The position numbers and the translations under genes were made by a program. A DNA stretch of 64,000 nucleotides from NCBI RefSeq assembly GCF_004010195.1, contig NC_057718.1, positions 39,600,635 through 39,664,634 of the forward strand, in the 5' to 3' direction. This stretch comes from Chiloscyllium plagiosum. Taxonomy: Eukaryota. Of the stretch, positions 49,266 to 60,600 are shown piece after piece. The notes under the pieces are model-generated. The model had not been told where the DNA came from. It made no database searches and saw only the letters and a list, made by a program, of their open reading frames with translations. Numbering within the stretch: the stretch's first letter is position 1; each line of letters opens with the position of its first letter.

Positions 49266-49579
49266 GTTGTTACTGAGATTTCTTTATGTCTTTGTTTTGC
49301 TGAAGAGCTGACTATTTTGTTGACTTCATATTCTTATGTCACATTTCTGCACATGTCACATCTTGTCCCATGTTGTTTCTAACAGCCCCACTGGAAATGC
49401 CGCTCAGTCTCAAGTACAAGCACATTTTGGAGGTTTGTATTCTGGAATAAAACAACATTTAAACTGTCATAACATTGCAAACATGGAAGGAGTGTGCATC
49501 AGCAATGTATATGTATTTGGCCACTAGCAATAAACAGTAGCATAATTAGTTGAGCTTTTTTTTTGCTTTTGTTTTCCTG

Positions 49580-49930
49580 TTAGGATTGCTGGCAAATATT
49601 TGCCCATTTCTAATTGTTCTTACACTGAGTGGCTTGCTCAGCCATTTCAAAAGTAAATCACATTGTGTGGATCTGGAGTCACATATAAGGCAGACAAAGG
49701 AAGGATGGTAGATTTCCATCGTTAAGTGGTATCAATGAATGAGATACAATATTTAACAACAAAAAAATGATAGTCATGGTCACTATTATTGAGACTAACT
49801 TTGATTCCAGATTTTTTTAAATGCCTTGAATGTAAATTCAATCTATAGTGATGAGATTTGAACCTATGCCCCCTTGAGTCTGGGCCTACAGGTCACTAGT
49901 TCAGTGACATTAACATTACACTATATCTCC
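49580..49930 (-). mobile_element. Old tRNA-derived SINE (family unassigned)
   Basis: The minus strand has a tRNA-like head with B-box-like ggttcaaatctc; the 3' end resembles the 18880 LINE tail. Confidence 0.5.
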
Positions 49931-50304
49931 CCATAACACTACGTAATTTATTTTGCATTTTAAATCTTTACATTGTGAGCACAGTTTGTTTTTTGTTAGT
50001 CGATGCTGCCTGCAATAAGGTATATTTTGAATCTTCAGCAGAAAGTCCCACGCTGAGCTTTGCACAATAAGAAAGTGATCCGTTATATAATGGGCCAGTA
50101 ATTTCCTGAGCCGTTTCCTGATGCCATAAAGCCTCTGGGTTTAAAGTATAATTCAAAACCAGTGGAAAATATATAAAACAATATTAATTAAAATGACATA
50201 TAATTTGTTATAGACAACAAATCCTTACTAAACTCCTCAGATTGAGAGGTTTCATTGCCATTTTCATGACTTTGTGTTTGCACACTAAATTATGGATGTT
50301 GGAA

Positions 50305-51120
50305 ATTTGAAATTTAAAAATTGCTAAATGTTGGATCTGGCAGTACCTGTGACAAGAGAAACAGTCATTAATATTTTGAGTCAAATCTCTTCTACGGTAC
50401 TGAGGGAGGTAGAAATGTGATGAGTTTTATGTCGTTGACAGAGGGAAAGGTGGGACAACAAATGGGGTAGTCTGGGATGAATTAAATGACAAAGATGTCA
50501 TGGTATAAAATGCAAAAAGACTGATGTTGCAGTTAAGAAAAATAAAGCATTTATCCAGACCGAGTGTAAATGGCAAACCAGAATAAGACCTCACATGGCA
50601 AAAACATAATCAAAATGGGAGAGAAAGTTTGTGGTCTGAGACTGTTGAATCCAGCAGGATGTACCATGCTAAACCTTATGATTAGAGTTTCACTGAAACA
50701 CTGCAGCAGGCCATGAACAGTTCAGAGAGCATGAGAGCAAGACAATGAATTTAAATGGAAAGCTACTGGCTGCTCAGGGTCATGCTTTGGGACTGAGTGA
50801 CAGGTTTCTCAAAGCAATTATCATCCAGTCTGAATTTGTTTCCCCAAATGTAGGGGAGATTGCATTATCAACAATAAATACAATGTGATAAATAGAAAGA
50901 AATACATTACTTTACCTGGAAGAATTTGTTGAGGCACTGAACAATGTGGAGACAGGAGCTAAAAGGGCAAATATTACATTGTCTGCAATTGCACTGGCAA
51001 GAATAGATGCCATAAGAAGGGGACAGAGGGCTGTGTTGATTGAGGCGTGGGCCAAGGGCATGAGATATATCGGACATGGAGAAAGAATGTGAAATGGTTG
51101 GTGTGGGAAGAGGTGATGGA
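50305..51120 (-). mobile_element. Older Penelope-like fragment
   Basis: Decayed terminal repeat at 50305-50405 followed by sequence resembling 15880-16200. Confidence 0.45.
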
Positions 51121-51149
51121 CTTCAGTATTTAAGTTTTTACATTCATCA

Positions 51150-51242
51150 CATTCCTGATGAAGGGCTTATGCCCGAAACATCAATTTTCCTACTTCTCGG
51201 ATGATGCCTGACCTGCTGTGCTTTTCCAGCACCACACTCTCG
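51150..51242 (+). mobile_element. 93-bp hammerhead-containing Penelope-like insertion with a 10-bp TSD
   Basis: ACATTCATCA at 51140-49 and 51243-52; CTGATGA-A-GGGC-TTAT-GCCC-GAAACATC. Confidence 0.7.
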
Positions 51243-52599
51243 ACATTCATCATTACAACAATGCCAATGCCCCAGTGAAATGGAGATGTGTTCTCCAATC
51301 TGCCAACCTTATCATCACCATTGCCACTTCAGGCCCATCTCCCCAATACAAAAACATGTTTTTTTTTAGGACTCCTTAGTGGAGATGGGTGTGGAATTGG
51401 GGAATTCTTGATACCAATAGTCATTTCCTCATGAACATCTGTTGTGGGGGCCAGGAAGTTCCATTTGTGTTTTACCACCTAATTGCAGTTGGAGGCATGC
51501 TCAATGACCATTGACTTTGCACACCATCCACCGTCCCCAAACAAGAAAGCTTGCTGGATCAGTTTGCTAAGTGCTTTGCAGTGAATCACAGGCCTTGATG
51601 TTGAAGTCCAACGTCAAAAGAAGCTGCTGGCCATCAGAAGTAGTTAGCTTCTGGGTCCTAAATATTGCAGTTGGAGACTTAGTCTTAAAGGTAACTAACA
51701 GTGATGAATTAAATCTTTTTGTTTGAGTCTTGCAGGGTTAGGTTTGCAAATCTTGTTGTGGGGTTGGGAGTTGTCAGACACGAGGTCTGGTGGTGTCTTC
51801 TTGAGACCCACCCTTGATCTCCATCCCTGTTTATTGATTGGCTCCAGATTGGGGCAAGTGAGGCCTTGCCCCAAGCCTGAAGGCAGTCCAAGTTGGATAA
51901 ACAGCCACTTTTTTCATTTGCTTGGGGAGTTGGATAAATTGGGCCGCAGGCTGTTAAATTGTTAGCTGTTACATAAGGCCTTCAGTGATGGAGAATTGAG
52001 AAGATCCCCAATGATCATCGTTTGATTGCTGAGGTGGCAAAGGAACAGGCAAATTCCAAATGATCCAATTGTCCTTCTTGCCACTTCCTGGCCCCCTCCA
52101 GAGATGGGAAATTTGTGCCCTTAGAACCTAAACCAAACAAAATTATTTACATCAAATAATTAAGTGAAAGTTACAAGGTATAAAGCAGCAAATGATAGAC
52201 TCTACAATTCTTTCATGCTCACATAATAAAGGCACCAATTACTTTTTTAACTAAATATAGCCTTTAGGGCAAGGTTTTCTCACATTAGCTTCATTCTGTT
52301 CTTTATTGTAGATAGGAATCCAGGAACTCATCTACTGCTGATTCACAGCTGAAACTGGTACACCCTTGTAAAACTGGTTCATCACAGAAATATAATAACA
52401 ATCCCATTGAATTATATAAAAACAAAAAGCAGCTGACATTTGAGACTGATAACTGAGGTAGATCGGCAGCCATCCACATATGGCCATATGACTCTTGACA
52501 AAATCGGAATTGTGAACAAACTTTTGATTATGCTCTAGTTCAAACAATTAACCACGTAGACACATTGATTTGACTTCTTGAGCAACTAAAGCTTTGCTG

Positions 52600-54035
52600 C
52601 AGCTGATGTGCTTGGTCCCATTAGATTACTTAATAGGATAAGAACCCTTGGTGCAGGATGTGGTACATTAGCATGGATAGAGGATTGGTTAATGCGTAAG
52701 GACAGTGAATTGGGGGGGGGGAGCATTTTCAGATGCAACCTATAACTAGTGGAGTACCAAAGTGTAGTCACTACAATTATTTGCAACATATATTAATGAC
52801 TTTGAAGAGGAAAATGTTACTAAGTTTGTAGATGACACAAAAATAAATAAGTGATGGAAGACAGGTAGTGGGAATAACACAGTGTCTGCAGAGCAATATA
52901 AGTAGCTTAAGTGAGTGGATGAAAATATCATCTGGGAAAATATGGTTTATGCACTTTGACAGTAAGAATAGAGAATCTGAATATTGTTTAAATGGAGAAA
53001 AGCCGCAGAACACTATAGATCAGAGAGATTGGGGAATCTTCATGCATAAAGCACAAACAGCTATCAGCCAAGTTCTGTGGTCAGTAGGGAAGACAAATTA
53101 AATGTTGGCCTTTATTTCAAAGGGAATGCAGTATTTAACGAGGCTAAAACTATACAAAGCATGACTCAGAACATGCTGAAGTTTGAGCCCCTTGCCTAAT
53201 ATAAGATTCAATAGCCAGAGACTTTTCCCCAGGGCAGGATCGACTGGTACGAGAAATCATAGTTTGAAGATATTAGGAGGAAGGTATAAAGGAGACATCA
53301 GAAGTAGGTTCTTTACGCAGAGAATTGTGAATGCATGGAATGCGTTGCCAGCTGAGATGGTGGAAGTGAAGTCATTGAGGACATTTAAGCGACTGCTGGA
53401 CATGCACATGAATAGCAGTGAGTTGAGGGGTGCGTAGATTAAGTTACTATATTTTACATTAGGATTAAGTCTCGGCACAATATCGTGGGCCAAAGGGCCT
53501 GTTCTGTGTTGTACTTTTCTATTTACTGGCATTGGACTTTGGAAACAGTCCAGAGAAAGTTCATGAGGCTGATCCTGAGTACTGTGGGACTGTCTTATGA
53601 GGAGAGGTTGAGTAGATTGGGCCTGTATTTATTGGACTGTAGAAGTGTGAAAAGCAACCTTATTGAAACACACAAGATTCTCAGGAAAGTTGACAAGATG
53701 GATGCTGAAAGGTTGTTTCCTCATAAAGGAGAGTATTGGACCAAAAAGCATTATCTCAGAATAAGGGATCGCACATTTAAGGCAGAGATGAGGAGGGACT
53801 TCTTTCACAGAAAGTAGTGAATCTGTGGAATTCTTTACAAGAGGACTATTTAGACTGGCTCATTAAATATATTTAAGGCTGAGTTAGATTTTTAATCAGT
53901 AAGGGCAGCAGAGTTATGGGAGAAGGTAGGAAAGAGGAGTTCAGGATTATCAGACCAGCCATGATTTCTTTGAATGGTGAAGCAGAATCAATGGGCTGAA
54001 TGGCCTCCTTCTGCACCTACATTTTATGTTTTTTG
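52600..54035 (+). mobile_element. Decayed CR1 with a second CR1 3' end nested at about 53200-53525
   Basis: KFVDDTKI; SYEERLSRLGLY; the inner piece has FFTQRIVNAWNALP and its own tail. Confidence 0.75.
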
Positions 54036-54433
54036 CACATGACTTCTATGCAAGAAAGATTTCTTGTAATGATGGGTTTTAAACACATTGCAGTGTTATT
54101 ATCAAAACAAAATACAGGTAAAAGCTCATCACAAACAATCATCCACTTTTATTATAACCACATGCTGTTAAATACGTGCTGTCTAACATTCAGTATGTGT
54201 CATATTGCATTCCTCATCTATTTGTTTTTGATTGCGATCTCACAGTGTAGGTTATCTCAGTAGTTTGGATCTAATGATTTTACAAAGCAATGATGTACGA
54301 ATGAGCAGTACAGTTATGTACAATTGTGCACAGACTTAATTTCCACTTCATGTTTCTTATTTCAAATTAAAGGAATTGTGATTTAAATCCATCAAAGTGA
54401 TGCTGACACGATTGTTTATAATTTTAGCAATTA

Positions 54434-54626
54434 ATGCCAAGTGATCCTACAATTTCACTTAATCTTAAAAAATTGTCGGCTGAAGAAGAATTTCCAAACT
54501 TGGCCAGAAATCAGACTTATATGGCAAAGGTTCTTACAATTCAAATGTACAAGAGACTGAGGGCCAGAGCAACTCAAAGTGGCTTCACACTGGATGATAT
54601 CATCCAACCTGGTGTTGATAAATCTG
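54434..54626 (+). CDS. CK-like coding exon 1 ([23 protein letters not shown]...QPGVDKS)
   Basis: Acceptor AG at 54426-27, six nt before the ATG; donor GTAAGT at 54627; 193 coding nt. Confidence 0.92.
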
Positions 54627-57600
54627 GTAAGTCTCAGTTTAATTTAAAAAATACTCCTTTAGTTTTCATTGAAAAGCTAATAATGTCACATTTTATAGCA
54701 ACATAAATTAAAACATTTATAAATGATACCATTATGCTACTGTAAATGATACGGCATTAAAACGCTGTATGAAATATGAGCCATCCATCTTTTCAATAAC
54801 TTGGGGCATTTCAGTTTTGCAAAGTTTTGTTTGACTTATTCCTGGGAATTTGTTAAGATGACATTTGATCATATGATATTTTGTCTACCGTTTACAACTG
54901 TTCCATTTTCCCTGGTTGGGTGTCAAGCCCTGATTGACATTTTGTTTTACAGTGAGATAAATCATGGAATTTATAAAGAAAGAAACTAAAAGAAAAGAAA
55001 GATTTAAGGATGCGTAATACTTAAATAAAAACGATTTACATGATGTTTCTACAGCATTGGCCTCGATGGGAAACGCAAAAATAAAACCATTGATTCAATC
55101 AAATTCATTGAGCAAAGTGAATTCTAACCAATATGTTCATAAATTTTACAATTTGTAGCAATGTATAACAAATTATAAATCAAACAAAACTGACACCTCA
55201 TTGAATTCAGTGACTCCAATACCTCCAATACCTATTTACTTTAAAAAAAACCCTGAAAGAACTGTGGATGCTGTAAATCAGAAACAAAAACACTTAAATT
55301 GCTGGGATACCTGAGTTTCCTCAGTTCTGAGGAAGGGTCACCCAACCTGAAATGTTAACTCTGATTTCTCTGCACAGGTGCTGCCAGAGCTGCTGAGCTT
55401 TTCCAACAATTTCTGATTTTTGTTTCTAACTATCTACTTCCTTAAATTGATTGACAGCCAATCTGATTTGAAATTGAAACACGTTATCTGCTTGTTGTCC
55501 TTGCTGGACATCAGCCTGTTGATTGTACATTAGTGGCCATTATCAATGTTTGGCTAAATTTCAAGTGCTAATGAGTGTCAGCATAGTAGCTGTTCCATTC
55601 ACCTGAGAATGACTGAATGTTTCAAACTTTTGTACTTAAAGCTGAGAACATCTAAACTCTGGTGTATAATAGCTTCAAGTACAATGTATCAGTAGTTCCA
55701 GTTTATAAATTAAAGTCACAAGTGAGTTAAAAAGATTTTTAGGTCATTGAGACAGGAATTCTAGTAAGAGTTTGTATTTTATTTAATTCCTCAAGATTCC
55801 ATTGGTAATAAGATAAGCAGCCCCGCTTTGTGGACATGTGAATTTTGTTATTTTTGCAATCCTTGATTTTTTCTGTTCCTGATTAAATGTGTAGTGACAT
55901 ATATGAATATACACATACATTATATACATTATATTTCCTACTGACTATTAGGGAAAAAGCAGCAATGAGTGGGTGAACTGATATGACATAGCCCTATGAT
56001 TCACACTGCCATCAGAATGTCATATCTGAGTGCTGTGCAGTGAAGTCTCTCATGATAGCCTGCAGGTTGTGAGGAACATGCTTTTAGAAGGTTGACTCAT
56101 CAGCAATCCTTCAATGTTTCAGATTGCCCATAGATTTGAAACATTACATGAAATGCTTGGGTATCCTGTTGACAGCATTAAAACATTGCCCTCTGCAAAT
56201 CTTACAGTTTTTCTCAGTAGACCACTGAGCAATGATTAGATTAGATTAATTACAGGGTGGAAACAGGCCCTTCGGCCCAACAAGTCCACACCAACCCTCC
56301 GAAGAGCAACCCACCCAGACCCATTCCCCTACACCTAACACTATGGGCAATTTAGCATGGCCAATTCACCTAACCTAACCTGCGCATTTTTAGACTGTGG
56401 GAGGAAACCAGAAAACCCGGAGGAAACTCATGCAGACACAGAGAGAATGTGCAAACTCCACACAGACAGTTGCCTGAGACAGGAATTGAACCCGGGTCTC
56501 TGGCACTGTGAGGCAGCAGTGCTAACCACTGTGCCACCGTGCCGCCCAGAGAATGGACACGTGAATTGCCCATTGTACATGTCCCAGTATTAGCAGGCAA
56601 TGTGCACCCTTGAAAAGCTGATTGATAGAATTAACCTTTCCCTCCAGAGCTGTATCGAATCATCTCTGATTCACACTATCACTGACAAGATGGGTGTAAG
56701 TGTGGGATATGTATGCTGGCCAGGCCCCAGCACACTCTCTGAACATTGGGTTTCAGCTCAGTGCTATGGGGTTTGATTAGCTCAGTTAGCTGGACAACTG
56801 GTTTGCAATGCAAATGATAGCAGGATTAATTTCCTACACTGGATGAGATTACCATGAAGGACTCTCCTTCTAAACCTCTCTTCTTGCCTGAGGTGTGGTG
56901 ACCATCAGGATAAACCACTACCAGTTGTCTCTCTCCAATGAGAGAACAGTCCTATAGTCTGGTAGGACTAAGGTGACTTTACCTTTACGTGTCCACATTA
57001 AAGTGCAAGACCTTGCTTGCAATCATCAACATGGCAGCTCAAGGATCTGTGAGGTCTGAGGCTACCTGTGGTCAAGGAGCTGGTTGACTGAAAGAGATGA
57101 GCAATGCTCTGTCATGACAACTTTACGCATCCTTAGAATGTCCAAAAGGCAGCTCATCTCTCACATGGGTATGATTTCATTTGGCCCTACAGTGAAAATA
57201 GTACTAAAGTTTAAGAATGCAAATTAGGATATTTTTACAAAAGTAAAGATTATGTACAATTATGTGTCACCAATGTGCCCTCAGAACATTATTTTTCTTC
57301 TCTTCCTCCCACTATGTCTAGGTTCAGTCCTGGTTTCCACAGTGGGGTTGGTGAGAGTCTGCTCTATCATTGACCCTGTTGGCTGATCATCTTTATTTGG
57401 GGGGTGGTGGGGGGGGGGGGGATGCTTGGGCCTAATTCTGCTGAGAGGATCCCAAATGCAGGTTCACTTTTTTGAGCTTGAACCTCTGTTAGCTTTGGCA
57501 TCATAGGCAATGGGGTTGGTGAATTGGGTGGTAGGGGTCATAAGGAGGGGCTGGGCTCCTCAGGACAGTCCTGAGAAGAAGCTTCTGAGTAGCCTGTGTG

Positions 57601-60600
57601 TGTAGTTCCTCCTCTGTCAGGGGGCCTGCTAGCGCCATCTTGTCTCCCTGAGAGGAAGGGGCAATTGAAGTGAAGTCGATGTCCCCCATCCTACTTTACC
57701 TTGTAGCTGTTGAGGTCCGTGCACATATCTGACAGAGACTGTGTACTGGACCTGTCTTTTCAGGGCAGTGGCTAAAGTCTCCATGGAGACAGTCAGGTGC
57801 ATGCAAGCTACAGCCAGCATGGCACTGATAATGTTTATGGACTCCTCCATTCTTTAATTCAGTTCACCAACTGCCTCAGACTAACTTGCCTACTGTTCCT
57901 ATGCCTATTTGAGCATTTTGACGGCCATTAATAGCTGACACCATGGAATCCTCTTCTGCCTGGGGCTGTACAGGTACCTGGTCTCTAGCAGTCCCAGGAG
58001 TGACAGAGATCTGGGGAGTTCTTTCCTTGATCAGATGCAGAGACACGTCAGTGATATGCTCCTTGGGTTGTGCTCCTGAGTTTAATCTATCTTCAAGAGA
58101 AAATGAGGTCTGCAGATGCTGGAGATCAGAGATGGAAATGTGTTGCTGGAGAAGCGCAGCAGGTCAGGCAGCATCTATCTTCAAACCCACCAAGGCAAAT
58201 GTTTCTGAGACCCAGGTGTGCGAGTGAAAACCTTGCCATTGCACCCTGTGATAGTTCGGAATTTCCTCAGAGGTGGAAGTCAGGCTGAGGGCTGCCTGTG
58301 CTGGGTCTTCCAGTGTGGAGGTTTGCTGGGTGCTGCTACTGCCTGTGTAAGAGACGGATTTAGTTGTGCAAGAGTTTGCACAGATTCAGAATGAGTTAGT
58401 GTGGTGTGCCAGCACAGCACTGTGAAGCTCATGGGTTGGTTTTCCATGGAATTCACCCGGACCCCATCTGAGCAACCCTCCGTTGAATTAAAAGGAATGA
58501 GGAAACTGATGTTCACCAGCAACACCACCCAAGGCCGGCTTGGCTGAGGTGTAAGCTGATCTCTCCTGCAATGAGCCAAACAGAGTTCATGAGTCTCAGT
58601 GAGATGCATGTACAATTTCAGAGTTAGTTACTTGTGAGTGTGAGGTGGCAGAGAAGGATCGTGGCACTTAACCTTCTAGAGCACAAAAGATAATTTATTT
58701 TCTTCCTATGCTGTTGTGCTTTCTGTCTAACCTGGGACACAGCACTGACTTGGGCCATTAGCTATGTCCACGCTGACTGTGTCTGGTAACATAGCTTCCT
58801 TTGGTGATCTGAAGTGTAAAGGATGGTCCTCCTCTCCACCAGCATTTCCAGGTCCCTTGCCCAAAGTGGAAAGCTAACACACTTTTCTGGACCATTTCCT
58901 CAGAGATAATGATACAGGGCCACAGTCTGTGGCCTAGTTCCTGACTTGCAGAATTTGAAGAACCAACAGGGCTTTAAATATGGCATCTTTGCTGTCTGCA
59001 CTGGAAGGTGCTGGCAGTGGGAGCACTTAAGTCTCTCTTGCCATTTGATTCGACAGGAAGGCTGTCGGATAGCCCAGTGACAACCAATGAGGTGACCAGC
59101 AGAGCATTGCATGCAAAGATTCACTCAGCAATGGAGCAAATGAGCCAAGTACCACAAGTCTCACTCAATAAAGCTTGATAACTGAAAATGAGACAATTCA
59201 ACCCAATGTTACTCATTTAAAACATTGCTATGGAACCACGGATATAATTGTCACTACTTTATTTGTTTGCTTGCCCAAATAGAATATTCTTCCACTAGAA
59301 CTGTGGGTTGTGTGGCTGGAGATGCAGAATCATATACTGTGTTCATGGAGTTCTTTGATCCTCTTATTGAACTTTATCATCGTGATTATCAACTAAACAG
59401 AATGCACAGGAGCAACTTGAATCCAGAAAACCTAAAGGTAGCTTTATAAAGTTTGTTTTGTAATTTCTACATGTTACATTTGGAAAGAATAATATATCGA
59501 ACAAGACCATTTCGGCCTGTTCCAATAGGCCTGTTCCAGAAACAAGTTTGCAAAGTTCCTTATTAATGTTTCCAACTTACTTTTCGATTTTGGGTGTAGA
59601 CACACGTAAACACTTCAAACTCAGAAAAGCAATAAAGCAAAGGTTACCAATTCATATCAACATGTGTCTATATAATCCAAATTTAGCAAATGTTGTCTAT
59701 AGATCATGTGCTTCCTGGCATAGCCGACCTCACTATACCACCACACACCGTCCACTCTCACCACACCCTGCCAGACGTGAGTGGCAAAAAGACCAATGTC
59801 TCCTGATGTACTTAGGCTATATTTTTCCTTATGGTCTTTAATCCATTCAAAATCAGACAGTTATATGTTTTTGTGAAAAAAAAGATAAGCACTGTTTTAA
59901 CTACATTCACTGGAAGTCTCCTCCATGTATTTTGAGACTGTGTTAAAATAAAATTTTTACTGATTTCAAGCCTTACAAAATCAGGAAATAAACTTGGAAA
60001 AGACAGGCTACTTCATTATCCCACTGTACATTGGTTGCAAAGTTTTCATTTTCAAATCCCCCCATCACTATGCAACCTTCCTCCAGGCACACTTTCCCCT
60101 CCTCCTTTCTCTTCCAGCTTTGATAAACAGCACAATTCCCTCTTCCACCCATTCCACTACTGAAGGGAAACCCTTAAACCATCAGGCTCCAACAGTTCAA
60201 AATTTCTTTCATAAACCCTCCATCCTGCCTCCTCATCTGCAAAAACCTTAAAAGTACCAGTGTCTCCATCAACTCCCCTTGTTCATTTCCTATTTCTGAG
60301 CCCCGACTGTGAAGTTGCCTGTGACACTTTGCTACATTAAATGTGCAGATTTACTGTAGCAGACAAAAGTCTTCATCTTTGTTCCAGTAAAAAAATGCAA
60401 TTTAAGTTTCTAGTGACATTTTCAAAAACTATTCATTAACTGTTCTAACAGTCCTTTTTCACTTAATAAGACTTTATTTATTACCTAATCCTTTCTCTAT
60501 TAATCTATTTTCAAACTTTAACATCCATCTAATGTTTTTAGAGAATGTTTTATCATTTATGTTATAAGTATTGTATAGACAATGTTATTTTTAGTTTTTA

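Noticed and set aside
57220..59203. Further Harbinger-like remnant (TIR-like acaattcaaccc at the right end); similar decayed sequence at 41340-43500
   Set aside because: Too decayed to define the second end or any coding motif by eye.
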